Source: Candidatus Sungiibacteriota bacterium | GTDB taxonomy: Bacteria > Patescibacteriota > Minisyncoccia > Sungbacterales > HO2-52-23 | Length of the DNA stretch: 64,000 nucleotides | Direction: 5' to 3' | Assembly (NCBI GenBank): GCA_016432465.1 | Contig: CP066690.1 | Location: 317,538 to 381,537, forward strand | Shown: positions 30,574 to 40,393 of the stretch, piece by piece | How positions within the stretch are numbered: the first letter of the stretch is position 1 | How the letters are laid out: each line of letters opens with the position of its first letter | The notes under the pieces: model-generated | Databases searched by the model: none | Seen by the model: the letters and a program-made list of their open reading frames with translations, nothing else | What the model was told of the DNA's origin: nothing | Position numbers and translations under genes: made by a program

Positions 30574-31059
30574 TTAGCTAAGTACTGGAAGCAGGACAAG
30601 TCCAAAGAACAGCGATAGAATACCAAAAAACATTTTTGACGAGTTTACCTCGTAAATGCCGTCCGGCCCTGTCTCAACGGAAAGATACAATAGCCGCGAT
30701 CCCAAAATTTGAAAAACATAGGCAAGTGCAATAACCAACAAACCGAATAGGGCAAACCAGGAACCAATCAACAAACCAGCAACACCTCCCAGGGGACCAG
30801 CAAGAAGCGTGCCAACTCCGGCCGAACCAGAAAGGACTACTAAACTCACTATGAAAGTAAGCAGGGCAGCAACTATTAAGTACCAGTGGTACAAAAAGTT
30901 AGCGGCCGACTTGAGAACTTTAAGGGGTGGTGTACTTTTCAGCACCATCACAAGCGAATAAAGAAAAGCTACGCCCAGTCCAAACATGGCTGACCCCCCA
31001 CGGATGAACCAGATAGGAGCTTTGTCTAAGCTAGCCCTATCTGGAGGTGCCACAACCAC
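30574..31059 (-). CDS. hypothetical membrane protein
   Basis: multiple TM segments; start uncertain. Confidence 0.55.
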   Translation of the reverse strand: MVVAPPDRASLDKAPIWFIRGGSAMFGLGVAFLYSLVMVLKSTPPLKVLKSAANFLYHWYLIVAALLTFIVSLVVLSGSAGVGTLLAGPLGGVAGLLIGSWFALFGLLVIALAYVFQILGSRLLYLSVETGPDGIYEVNSSKMFFGILSLFFGLVLLPVLS

Positions 31060-31149
31060 CTTACAATATCAAGTGCTTTTTTGTCAATGTTGACAGGTTT
31101 TCTCACTTGACTAATTATTGTTTTCCTTTGTATACTTATCTTATCGTTC

Positions 31150-31255
31150 CAAAGACCGCCGGCAGGCAACAAAATGCCGCAAGTTTCCGGCAGAGGAGCG
31201 CTAAATAAATTTAGATAATTTAGCTTTGGTCTTTGGGCGGATATACGCCTATTTT
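31150..31255 (+). promoter_or_regulatory. ribosomal protein L10 leader
   Basis: CAAAGACCGCCGGCAGG...CCGGCAGAGG...GGTCTTTG directly upstream of rplJ. Confidence 0.7.
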
Positions 31256-31257
31256 TT

Positions 31258-31803
31258 ATGTTAACCAAGAGCCAGAAGCAAAAAATAGTTGAAGATCTTA
31301 CCGACAAATTTAAGCGAACCAAAATCGCGATTTTTAGCGACTTTCGGGGCATTTCTGTTGCCAAATCCCAGAATCTGCGGCGCCTATTGAAAAAAATAGA
31401 AGCAGAGTATAGGGTGGCCAAAAAGACACTGCTTGACCGAGTGCTGGAGAAACTTGGCTTGAACTTAAAAACAAAAAGTATGGAAGGGGAAATCAGTGTT
31501 ACTTTTGGCTACGGGGACGAGATAAATTCGGCCAAAACTCTGTTTAAGTTCGGCAAAGAGAATGAAACCTTTAAAATTTTGGGGGGAATTTTGGGTGAGC
31601 GAATCTTAAACGCGCAAGAGGTTATTGCGCTGGCTAAACTGCCGCCGCGCGAAGTTCTATTATCCAAACTTGTTAGTGTTCTTTCTTCTCCTATACAAGG
31701 ACTGGTTACGGTTCTTGGGGAAAATATAAGAAACTTGGTCGTCATTATTAATAAAATAAAGGAGGTAGAGGCAAGAAAGACGCAAATGGCTACGCAAAAA
31801 TAA
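31258..31803 (+). CDS. rplJ: 50S ribosomal protein L10
   Basis: DFRGISV, RVAKKTL, LAKLPPREVL. Confidence 0.95.
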   Translation: MLTKSQKQKIVEDLTDKFKRTKIAIFSDFRGISVAKSQNLRRLLKKIEAEYRVAKKTLLDRVLEKLGLNLKTKSMEGEISVTFGYGDEINSAKTLFKFGKENETFKILGGILGERILNAQEVIALAKLPPREVLLSKLVSVLSSPIQGLVTVLGENIRNLVVIINKIKEVEARKTQMATQK

Positions 31804-31861
31804 ACGCAATTGCGTTTAAGGTTGCGTGATCAGTTGCATTTACGATTGCTTCTAACACATT

Positions 31862-32239
31862 ATGGATAAAGAAAAATTTATAGAAACCATAGAAAAAATG
31901 TCAGTAATTGAGCTCTCAGAGCTCGTCAAGGCCCTTGAGGAAAAATTTGGCGTGTCTGCCGCCATGCCCATGGCCGTTGCAGCTGTTTCGGCCGGAGACG
32001 CGGAAGAAGGTGAGAAAAAAGAGGAAAAAACCTCTTTTGCGGTTGAACTTACCGGCGCCGGAGGGCAGAAAATACAGGTTATTAAGGCGCTCCGGGAAGT
32101 AACAACTCTTGGCCTTAAAGAGGCCAAAGACCTTGTGGAGGCCGCTCCAAAAGTGGTAAAAGAGGGTGTGGCCAAAGAAGAAGCCGAAGAGATCAAAAAG
32201 AAACTGGAAGAGGCCGGGGCAACGGTAACTATAAAATAG
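31862..32239 (+). CDS. rplL: 50S ribosomal protein L7/L12
   Basis: [31 protein letters not shown]. Confidence 0.98.
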   Translation: MDKEKFIETIEKMSVIELSELVKALEEKFGVSAAMPMAVAAVSAGDAEEGEKKEEKTSFAVELTGAGGQKIQVIKALREVTTLGLKEAKDLVEAAPKVVKEGVAKEEAEEIKKKLEEAGATVTIK

Positions 32240-32246
32240 GAGACTT

Positions 32247-32888
32247 ATGGAACAGGTATTAGAAAAACTCTTTGAGTCGGTGCCAAGAGTCCGACTGCTT
32301 CGGCTTTTTATGCGAAATCCAGAGGCGGAGTTTACTTTTCCTGATATTGTAAAAAGAAGCCAACTACGCAGCCGTGCTCTCCGCGTAGAACTTAAAAAAC
32401 TTCTAAAAATCGGGCTTATTAAAAAGAAAAGGGCCATCCTCCGTTATGAAATTGTTAGGAAGTCACGATCTCGGAAAAAGCCACCCAAAATAATCATAAA
32501 AACCAAACGAACGCAGGTATTTTTAACTAATCAGGATTTCCCGTTTCTAAAAGAGCTTCAAGATTTAATCATAAGGGCCACTGCGGCTTCGCGTAAAAAA
32601 TTAATCAGACAAATAAAGGGGCTCGGCAAAATTAAACTTGCTGTATTGTCTGGAATATTTATAAATAGCGACAACTCCAGAACCGACCTACTTATTGTTG
32701 GAGATGGCATTAAAAAGTCGCTGATGGAGAAGTTTCTAGAGCAAGTAGAGTCAGAGCTTGGCAGATCGCTGCAATACACAGTTATGGACACGGCCGAGTT
32801 TAAATACCGGCTTGATATGTATGACCGATTCCTGCGGGATATTCTTGAATATCCGCACGATAAATTGATAAATAAGTTGCACGTGTAA
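32247..32888 (+). CDS. putative wHTH regulator with an NTase-like C-domain
   Basis: LFESVPRVRLLRLF HTH; LSGIF...TDLLIVGD. Confidence 0.6.
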   Translation: MEQVLEKLFESVPRVRLLRLFMRNPEAEFTFPDIVKRSQLRSRALRVELKKLLKIGLIKKKRAILRYEIVRKSRSRKKPPKIIIKTKRTQVFLTNQDFPFLKELQDLIIRATAASRKKLIRQIKGLGKIKLAVLSGIFINSDNSRTDLLIVGDGIKKSLMEKFLEQVESELGRSLQYTVMDTAEFKYRLDMYDRFLRDILEYPHDKLINKLHV

Positions 32889-32928
32889 TTTCAAAATCGT
32901 CCCGGCCGGCCGGGACGATTTTGAAATT
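32887..32928. terminator. perfect palindrome / terminator
   Basis: AATTTCAAAATCGTCCCGGCCGGCCGGGACGATTTTGAAATT. Confidence 0.65.
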
Positions 32929-32983
32929 GCTTTTTAAAAATATCGGGCTAAAATATAGTCAGTGTGAAAACCGAATTCACACT

Positions 32984-33055
32984 GGGCGACTAGCTCAGTG
33001 GTAGAGCGTTCCGTTCACATCGGAAAGATCACAGGTTCGATCCCTGTGTCGCCCA
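32984..33055 (+). tRNA. tRNA-Val(CAC)
   Basis: GGGCGAC/GTCGCCC, TTCCG-TTCACAT-CGGAA, GGTTCGATCC. Confidence 0.95.
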
Positions 33056-33362
33056 CACTTTAGAAAAACGCAAATTATCAAGGTCCGCCTCGCTTCGCTC
33101 GGCGATTTTATCGTAAGGTTCTGCCCACACAAAACGGAACTGGCGGTCGTGCGGTAAAAGAAAATTTTTCTATTATCAAAAACAGTTGAAATGGCCGACT
33201 TTTTGTTGCTATTGACATAATATATAAAATTTGCTATAATATAAACAGTGGGATTGCTCTTTGTTGTTGTCAATTTTTCCTTACAACACATTAATGCGGA
33301 AAATATATTTATGTGTTAATGTGTTGTAAGGAAATAAAAAAAACTTACGAAAGGAGGACACA

Positions 33363-33956
33363 ATGGGTGAGCATTACATGGCGGATGGTTTCTACCAAGG
33401 ACGAATCACTTCCATCAAACGGGCGGAGAGTAGGAACGTTTACGAGGACGAACATCGAAAGCAACTCGTTGTTTCAGTAGACGGCGTGCCCTTTCTGGTT
33501 CACAAGAGGGACGTTTGCCGCCCACTGAGACGTGGTGCGCTCGTGGTGTTCACGGCCAACGGCGGCTGGATCTCGTACGACCCATACAAGTTCGATCAGA
33601 AGTGGCATTACCGCATCGAGTGGCTGGCGGAGGAGGCCAAGAAAAGGAACGTGAAAGGTTCCCGGCATGGTTTCAAGGTGTGTGTCTTTGACCAGCTTCA
33701 AGTTCCTGTGCCGCACACCGATGTCTGGAAGAAAGGTCCATTCATGTCCGAGAAATTGAAGCCCGACACGGTTTTCCGTCCAGCTCTCAAGTTCCCCACG
33801 GACATGAATCGGCGTGACCAGAAATTCTTCCAGGGAACCATGCGCGCTATCGCAGCTGGCGTCCCCATCAACCCCCTTCCCGAAAGCGCCTACCGAGAGA
33901 GGTGTCCGCACTATCCGTTTTCGCCGTTCAAGGCGATTTGCGGAGATTGTGCATAG
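33363..33956 (+). CDS. hypothetical protein in a tRNA-Val islet
   Basis: AAGGAGG RBS; GC-richer codon usage than flanks. Confidence 0.65.
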   Translation: MGEHYMADGFYQGRITSIKRAESRNVYEDEHRKQLVVSVDGVPFLVHKRDVCRPLRRGALVVFTANGGWISYDPYKFDQKWHYRIEWLAEEAKKRNVKGSRHGFKVCVFDQLQVPVPHTDVWKKGPFMSEKLKPDTVFRPALKFPTDMNRRDQKFFQGTMRAIAAGVPINPLPESAYRERCPHYPFSPFKAICGDCA

Positions 33957-34196
33957 CACCAACGACGGGTGGTCGAGCAAGACTCGATCACCCGTTTTCA
34001 ATTATACGAATTTGCCGCCAAAGATAAAATCTGATAGATTTTACTCGTGAGCAAGGCTCACGAAAAAACTTTAAATTGTCAAAAATCAGTCTGTCGCCGC
34101 CGAATTTTTTGCCCCCTCATTTTGCGGCTTTGCCGCAAAATGCGTTCGGACTATTTCCAGAATACTCCAGTGTGAATTCGAAATAGATAAACCCCA

Positions 34197-34252
34197 GGAA
34201 GAGCGCTTGATTCACATTCAAGGGGTCGTAGGTTCGACACCTGCATCGCGCA
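34197..34252 (+). pseudogene. 5'-truncated tRNA-Val(CAC) relic
   Basis: GGAAGAGCG-CTTGA-TTCACAT-TCAAG-GGGTC-GTAGG-TTCGACA-CCTGC-ATCGCGC-A. Confidence 0.75.
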
Positions 34253-34419
34253 GTAGTGGATTCTTAGTGCCAGCGCCGCGCTAAAAATATTTAGATTTCA
34301 GAAATTTTGTTGGTTCTAACCACAAATCCCCTCCCCCCATTGACATCAGCGCCTAAAAAGAGTAATATGAAAATAGGAATGGGGCAAAGGCCTACAGTTA
34401 GGGCTCAGAGGAGGCACAG

Positions 34420-34878
34420 ATGCGTATTTTGAAAACAAGGTTCCGAGTACAAGACATTCAGAGGCTAAAAGAACGTGGAATTGTTCATAACTGCCACCTT
34501 CGTGGCACACCTTTTGACGAGGCGTGGAATGCCGCATACAACGACATGGTGGATATCAACGTCTGGTTTCCAAAGGACAAAGTGCCCGTGTGGATGAATG
34601 TGCGTGTTGACATGCAAGATGGGGTGCCGTGGCTCGTTAATGTGGTTTTCAAAATACCCGCGGCTATTCGGGACATTGAAGGACTTGCCAATGAATTGGC
34701 AGGCCAATTTAGTCTCAGCAAATACAGGGTTTCAATCAGCGCATATCACGCCAATCCTGATCTACAAAGTTTTGGTTCTTTCGGACGAGTTCTCCAAATT
34801 AACTCAAGTAACGAAAACCCCAAGAAACTTCTCTCGTTTTTGAGAGCGTTGGAAAAAAAACTACAGGCCGTTTCGTAG
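34420..34878 (+). CDS. hypothetical protein
   Basis: GGAGG RBS, own TTGACA promoter and terminator. Confidence 0.6.
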   Translation: MRILKTRFRVQDIQRLKERGIVHNCHLRGTPFDEAWNAAYNDMVDINVWFPKDKVPVWMNVRVDMQDGVPWLVNVVFKIPAAIRDIEGLANELAGQFSLSKYRVSISAYHANPDLQSFGSFGRVLQINSSNENPKKLLSFLRALEKKLQAVS

Positions 34879-34965
34879 CACATCTAGTTGCCGCGCAAGC
34901 GGCCTTTTTTATTTAAAATCGAGGTTCGTCGTCTATAAAAGTGCATAAGAAGTCTAACGGGGCGA

Positions 34966-35004
34966 GCATTGCAAGGGTCACAGGTTCAAATCCTGTACTG
35001 CCCA
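34966..35004 (+). pseudogene. tRNA 3' half (Ala(GGC)- or Val-like) abutting a TCTAACGGGGCGAG arm
   Basis: CATTGCAA-GGGTC-ACAGG-TTCAAAT-CCTGT-ACTGCCC-A. Confidence 0.7.
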
Positions 35005-35018
35005 TTTTAAAACGGCAA

Positions 35019-35405
35019 TCAAGACGATTGCCGTTTACTTAAAATTAAGTCTGTTTTCATGTTGCCCCGCGGATTTATATCTATACGCACATAAAGAGAT
35101 TGGGGATCAAGTTCCTGCCAAAGAGTCTCAAAAATCTCGTCAGCTAGTTTCTCGTAACCAATGTATCTGTCCCGAAAACTATTAAACCAAAGTTTTAACG
35201 ACCTTAATTCCAAAAATCTTATTTTGGGAACATATCTGATGGTAATTCTCGCAAAATCGGGATACCCCTGTTCCTGACACTTCCAAGTAAGCTCTGGGAA
35301 GCATACACGGATCACTGGTGTATTTTGTACCTTTAATTTAAAGGATCTCGGCCTGGCTTCACTAATTTCTTTATCTCCGCGCAATTCTGACATCTTTAGG
35401 CCCAC
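35019..35405 (-). CDS. queF: QueF (type I)-like T-fold protein
   Basis: PELTWKC..GYPDFA, LELRSLKLWFNSFRD, PRGN. Confidence 0.75.
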   Translation of the reverse strand: MGLKMSELRGDKEISEARPRSFKLKVQNTPVIRVCFPELTWKCQEQGYPDFARITIRYVPKIRFLELRSLKLWFNSFRDRYIGYEKLADEIFETLWQELDPQSLYVRIDINPRGNMKTDLILSKRQSS

Positions 35406-35456
35406 CGAAGGTGCTATGGGTTTATTGAAGTATAAAACATCGTTATTGTCTAGTTT

Positions 35457-36095
35457 TTAACAGCCACCTTCTAGAAAGTATGGCCTTAATCTATCTCTAG
35501 TGCTTGACCAAAGCGTAAAATCAATACCCATATCCATTGTTTTCCAGTTTGCCCTTTCCGGTCTCCCTACTAATTTTGCCAAAACCAAACGCAGATATTG
35601 GCGCGGGATTTTTTCCGGATCGCTTACCGGAAACACAAACATTTTACCAAGACGGTCAGTACAAAAAATGTAATATCGGTGAGATTCTCGTACCTTACGC
35701 AGATCATTAAGAGAAGCGGTTTCCTTACCTTCACCCAAACTTTTCGCAACATAAGACAAAACGTCAACATGTGTAGGTACCACATGCAAATGAGCGTGCT
35801 TGATGGTTTGTCCAACATCACCATGCTCAAAAAAGACCGGCCGTCTGCCTAAAACCACATACTCATACATATATTCTTCTTTCATCGCATCTAAAAGTCG
35901 TCTCAACCAATTGGAAACTGCTATCATCTCCTCATCACTTAAATCACCGAGACAGATCTTATGCGTTTTAGGAATAATAAGTGTATAGCCATCCTCAATT
36001 TGGCCAACCGACGCAATAATATATAAGTAATCATTTTCAAAGATCAATCGTTCTACAAAAGAATTTCTGTCGCAAAACACGCACTGGTTTTCCAC
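35457..36095 (-). CDS. HIT-family hydrolase (Cwf19/Ap4A-like)
   Basis: CVFC, LIIPKTH, FFEHG, HAHLH. Confidence 0.85.
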   Translation of the reverse strand: MENQCVFCDRNSFVERLIFENDYLYIIASVGQIEDGYTLIIPKTHKICLGDLSDEEMIAVSNWLRRLLDAMKEEYMYEYVVLGRRPVFFEHGDVGQTIKHAHLHVVPTHVDVLSYVAKSLGEGKETASLNDLRKVRESHRYYIFCTDRLGKMFVFPVSDPEKIPRQYLRLVLAKLVGRPERANWKTMDMGIDFTLWSSTRDRLRPYFLEGGC

Positions 36096-36264
36096 TTCAA
36101 GTCCCTATTTCGCCGTAACTTAGCTTATGATAGACTGATAGTTACATAAGTCAATGTTTAAAAATAATAAATTATATAATTGTCCAATAAACTGTCCATT
36201 ACCTGTTAAAGACATAATGGACAAACTGTTAATTTCTATCGGACAGTTTCATGTTTTACAAAAC

Positions 36265-36654
36265 ATGCCTTCTGTAAAACGCCAATTTGGAGATATCGGA
36301 GAAAAAGAAGCGATTTGTTATTTAAAGAATAGTGGGTATCAAATACTAGATACAAACTATAGGGTCAAGAATCTGGGAGAATTAGATATCATTGGAGAAA
36401 AAAATAATAAGCTATTCTTTTTTGAGGTTAAAACAAGAGACGTGAAACATGAGAGTAACTTCCCCCACTGGACGAGTATAACCCCAAAAAAGAAAAGAAA
36501 TCTTAAGCGAATCTGTAACCTATACTTGGTAGACAAACAGTTTCCATCTAACAAAGAATGGCAGGTGGACGCAATTTTTGTTAAAGTTGATTTTAATACT
36601 AAGAATAGCTTTATAGAACATCTTGAAAATATACTCTGTGAAGAATATTATTAA
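36265..36654 (+). CDS. YraN family (UPF0102) nuclease-like protein
   Basis: GDIGEKEA, GELDII, FFEVKTR. Confidence 0.88.
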   Translation: MPSVKRQFGDIGEKEAICYLKNSGYQILDTNYRVKNLGELDIIGEKNNKLFFFEVKTRDVKHESNFPHWTSITPKKKRNLKRICNLYLVDKQFPSNKEWQVDAIFVKVDFNTKNSFIEHLENILCEEYY

Positions 36655-36778
36655 CTATGAAACTACGTGAAACGTAAAACGTGGAACACTGTATCATAGT
36701 ATAACTGTAGTACCGGTCTGCATAGCCAAGCGAGGTCTTAGCGGGCGCGACGAGTCCTTTTTATCTACCTAAATTTAA

Positions 36779-36852
36779 CGGGGTGTAGTATACCGGTAGT
36801 ACGCCTGCTTTGGGAGCAGGTAGACCGAGTTCGATTCTCGGCACCCCGACCA
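36779..36852 (+). tRNA. tRNA-Pro(TGG)
   Basis: CGGGGTG/CACCCCG, CCTGC-TTTGGGA-GCAGG, encoded CCA. Confidence 0.95.
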
Positions 36853-36906
36853 TTCAAAACAAACCCGCCCTGATTATCGTGGCGGGTTTGTTTTAATGCA
36901 AAAATT

Positions 36907-37608
36907 TTAAACAAACACTAACCTTCGAAATTCTTCTGCATAACGCATGCCATATCTTTTTCCGATTTCTTCAGCGCGTTTAGTGAGAAACTCCCTAAAC
37001 TCTTCTCTGGTATGCGGGGCATGCGGCGCAAACTGGCTTTTGTGCATGAAAAGTGCCTTTAACTTATCTTCAAAAAAATCAGAAACATCTTCTGCGTAAT
37101 TCGGCTCCAAAGAACTTGATAAATAAAGTTCTCTTGTACTATGCGGTTCCACGCCATCTTCAAGTTGTTCGTGATAAAAATGCCAATTACCTGCTGGGAG
37201 AATACTGTTTATAACAACCCAGCCAATAGCCCTGTGGTCGCTATGGTTAATATAATTCTGCATAAAAACACTGGTTGGGTCCGGAGCAATAATCAAATCT
37301 GGCTTATATATGCGAATAAGTTTTACGACAATTTCCCTTGTTTTACGGTTGTCCTCAAGCTCACCATCCAAGTAATCAAGGTGCACCACCTCTTTAATGC
37401 CAATAAACTCAGCCGCATCTTTAGTCTCTTTTTTCCTTGTGGCGGCTACTTCCTTTAAATCTGCTTTGGGATCCTGCGAACCCTTTTCTCCTTTTGTCAT
37501 AATGACCAAAATCACCCTACTTCCCTCCTTTGCGTATTTAATCATTGTGCCGCCGCAACTTATTTCCGGATCGTCGGGGTGGGCATAAATTGCCAAAATT
37601 GTTTTCAT
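36907..37608 (-). CDS. PIG-L/LmbE family deacetylase
   Basis: AHPDD, TKGEKG, HSDH, HKSQ. Confidence 0.92.
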   Translation of the reverse strand: MKTILAIYAHPDDPEISCGGTMIKYAKEGSRVILVIMTKGEKGSQDPKADLKEVAATRKKETKDAAEFIGIKEVVHLDYLDGELEDNRKTREIVVKLIRIYKPDLIIAPDPTSVFMQNYINHSDHRAIGWVVINSILPAGNWHFYHEQLEDGVEPHSTRELYLSSSLEPNYAEDVSDFFEDKLKALFMHKSQFAPHAPHTREEFREFLTKRAEEIGKRYGMRYAEEFRRLVFV

Positions 37609-37751
37609 GGATCTTTAAATTATAAAATAAAATAATTAAAATATAAATAGTTCTACGAAACTTGACATTGAACTAAAACGGTGCTAAAATAGTATAGAGT
37701 GGTGCACCGCCCGTCTTGGGCGGTATTTGAAAAACAAAAGGAGGGAACCCC

Positions 37752-38315
37752 ATGAAATTCATTCTTGCGGCGCTTGCTGTTGCGACGGTCATAGCACTGT
37801 CGTCGCAAACAACTGCTCCACCAGAAAAAGAAGCCGGGGATCCCTCAAAACGCAGTCAAGCCGTAAAGGGCGACTGTTGCGGGACTCTCGGACCCTTATC
37901 AGAATCAGTAGTCATTTTTGTAAGGGTTGGAAAAAGCGAGGTAATTCCCATTAAAAGCTATATGCAGTTGTGGTCAATTTATGCTTGGCACAGGATTGAG
38001 AGTGTACCTCGTATCTTAACCGCAAGCTGGTATGGCCCCAGATTTCACAGAAAAAAGACGTGTCATGGCGAACGGTTTAATATGTACAATCTGACGGCTG
38101 CCCACAAAGAACTTCCGGCAGGAACAATGTTAACGCTTAGGAATCCAAAAAATGGGAAAAAGACTTCAGTTAGAATTACCGACTGTGGTCCTTATATTGA
38201 GGGAAGAGAGCTAGACCTTTCTTTTCGTGCAGCTCGTGAGCTTGGATTTGTGAAAACCGGAGTTACGGAACTGATAGTTGAAGAAGTTTCTTTTCCCGCA
38301 CCAAAGAAAAAGTAG
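37752..38315 (+). CDS. rlpA: RlpA-like double-psi beta-barrel lytic transglycosylase
   Basis: ASWYG, TAAHKELP, VRITDCGP, LDLSFRAA. Confidence 0.85.
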   Translation: MKFILAALAVATVIALSSQTTAPPEKEAGDPSKRSQAVKGDCCGTLGPLSESVVIFVRVGKSEVIPIKSYMQLWSIYAWHRIESVPRILTASWYGPRFHRKKTCHGERFNMYNLTAAHKELPAGTMLTLRNPKNGKKTSVRITDCGPYIEGRELDLSFRAARELGFVKTGVTELIVEEVSFPAPKKK

Positions 38316-38379
38316 GGCCTCAAAACGGGGCCCTAAAAAATTTGAAAAGTAATACTTATGTATTATAATTCTATAATCT

Positions 38380-38450
38380 GCGGGTGTAGCACAATGGTAG
38401 TGCGCTTGCCTTCCAAGCAAGATACGTGGGTTCGATTCCCGTCACCCGCT
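38380..38450 (+). tRNA. tRNA-Gly(TCC)
   Basis: GCGGGTG/CACCCGC, CTTGC-CTTCCAA-GCAAG. Confidence 0.95.
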
Positions 38451-38603
38451 TCAAAAAAATAACCCCTTAGATATTGGGTTATTTTTTATACTGGTGAGGG
38501 GAAATAGAACCGCATAAACAAAAAAGCAAAACTTAATTTGCTTCTAAAAATGTTGCAGGGGGCTTCTGTGGTGGAAGCCCCCTACTTCTTGGATCGCGTG
38601 GCG

Positions 38604-38861
38604 TTAGTAACCGAGATGGTCCGTCATTGTCCGAAGGACCGTGTCAGGGTCTGTGTCAGGCAAATAGAAACCTACCGCCTGCGGAGCACCATTGAGAACA
38701 TCTTCGGAGGGTTCTCCTAAGAGCTCCCGTAAGTCTTCTGCCTCTAGTCGGGGAGCCCACACCATGCAATACCCAAAGTGGTCCACGATGACAGGACCTT
38801 CTCCAGCCGCAAGCGAAGCCACGATTATACTGCTACTAACTTCATCGGTCACGATCTTCAT
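38604..38861 (-). CDS. hypothetical protein
   Basis: MKIVTDEV start after an AGGAGGAG RBS. Confidence 0.55.
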   Translation of the reverse strand: MKIVTDEVSSSIIVASLAAGEGPVIVDHFGYCMVWAPRLEAEDLRELLGEPSEDVLNGAPQAVGFYLPDTDPDTVLRTMTDHLGY

Positions 38862-39024
38862 CTGACTCCTCCTTTCAGTTGTGGGCCCGTGGGCCTGGAA
38901 CATTACTAATCATAACATTTAGACCATTAAAAGTCAAGTTTTTTGAGTTAAGCCAATAAATCACGCGAAATTTGGAATAGCGAATAATCCGGGCCCTATA
39001 CTCCAACAGGTTCTAACATCATTC

Positions 39025-39143
39025 ATCCCGTTAGAAATAGGACGCGGACGGAGTTCTTTACATTTTACTTGTCATTTTTGGGCGAAAGTTACCCTGGAAA
39101 CAAAAGCCGTGTTTGGATACGCGTCCGCGATTTCTAACGGGAT
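39025..39143. mobile_element. MITE-like element, CCCGTTAGA family
   Basis: ATCCCGTTAGAAAT / ATTTCTAACGGGAT terminal IR. Confidence 0.65.
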
Positions 39144-39429
39144 TCACTAACCCGCTTGTAACCGAAAATAAACCCTCCTACCTACTAACCACAGGGGCAC
39201 GAATAAAAATAACAAGAGTATTGCTGTAAATTCTCCTTGCTATCATCTCAAACTTTTCTGGTTAGTAAGTGGGGGGTAAACAGAAAGAATATGGAAAGTG
39301 AGAAATACCCATAGATACGAGGTTTTTGTTACGAACAGTGAAAAATTGTAACCGCCCGCCTTGACACATAATGAGTAATATGCAACTAATTTATTTAGTT
39401 CCCCATACCACTACATAAGGAGTAAACCA

Positions 39430-39621
39430 ATGGTAGAGATTCATAGACATCCGGTATGGCCGTATAGAGTTGTTTATGGTGAAAAACTTCGTGCAGGTGA
39501 CACCATTCAGTCTGACGATGTATACGATTCAACCTCGGGAAATTGGGAAAAGGCCCCATGTCCAGGTGTCATCTTACAAGAAGGTTGTAACACTTATTGG
39601 GTACGTCCATCACCTACTTAA
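39430..39621 (+). CDS. small hypothetical protein
   Basis: TAAGGAG RBS, TTGACA promoter, downstream hairpin. Confidence 0.55.
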   Translation: MVEIHRHPVWPYRVVYGEKLRAGDTIQSDDVYDSTSGNWEKAPCPGVILQEGCNTYWVRPSPT

Positions 39622-39674
39622 CAAGGTGGTGTGATTCTTCATCTATCCGTCAAGTGATCTTGGCGGTCTTTTTT

Positions 39675-39776
39675 ATCCCGTTAGAGATTTAGGTAATACC
39701 GAAATAATTAATACTCGCACTCCGCCGTCCTTATCGATGTCATAGAGAGCATTGCGTTCCGCATCTCTAACGGGAT
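39675..39776. mobile_element. MITE-like element, CCCGTTAGA family
   Basis: ATCCCGTTAGAGAT / ATCTCTAACGGGAT terminal IR. Confidence 0.65.
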
Positions 39777-39869
39777 TTATTCAAAACTAGGCCTATACCC
39801 GCCCCTTGACATTACTTTATGACCGAACTATTATTGTAATATAAATTATTACAGTAACTGAAAACTATT

Positions 39870-40085
39870 ATGCGAAACATAATTAACCTTTCGTTGCCGC
39901 AGAAGATGACAGAAGTTGTAGAGGAAAATGTTAAAAAGGGCCATTTTTCCAGCAAAAGCGAATTTTTCCGCATGCTCCTTCGTCTCTGGATGGAAGGGAA
40001 ACTTGCGGAAGAACTTGAGGAAAGCCGTAAGGAACTGCGCGGAGGCAAAGGCAAACTACTGAAATCGTTTAAAAACTTCCGATAA
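39870..40085 (+). CDS. ribbon-helix-helix antitoxin
   Basis: IINLSLP...GHFSSKSEFFRMLLR; precedes a RelE-like toxin. Confidence 0.8.
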   Translation: MRNIINLSLPQKMTEVVEENVKKGHFSSKSEFFRMLLRLWMEGKLAEELEESRKELRGGKGKLLKSFKNFR

Positions 40086-40094
40086 GACGACCGT

Positions 40095-40352
40095 ATGCGG
40101 ATTTATTATTCCTCAAAATTTGAACGCGAATATAGAAAACTACCGAAGGAAATCAAGATAGTAGCCGAAGAAAAAGGCGTTATTTTCAGGAAAAATCCGT
40201 TTGACCCCCGGCTTGATACGCATAAATTACACGGTCGCCTGAAAGAGTACTGGGCTTTTTCTATTGTAGACAAATACCGGATTATTTTTGAGTTTGCAGA
40301 AAAAGACATAATCTGGTTTCATTCCGTTGGCGACCATTCAATTTATCAGTAG
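40095..40352 (+). CDS. RelE/YafQ-family type II toxin
   Basis: YSSKFEREYRKL, THKLHGRL, YRIIFEF, VGDHSIY. Confidence 0.85.
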   Translation: MRIYYSSKFEREYRKLPKEIKIVAEEKGVIFRKNPFDPRLDTHKLHGRLKEYWAFSIVDKYRIIFEFAEKDIIWFHSVGDHSIYQ

Positions 40353-40393
40353 AGAGAAAACCGAAAGTAAATAGAAAATGAAAACCGCGTTGA

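Noticed and set aside
36713-36770. Possible tRNA-Pro relic upstream of tRNA-Pro
   Set aside because: Only a CGGTCTG start resembles a tRNA; no arms can be folded.
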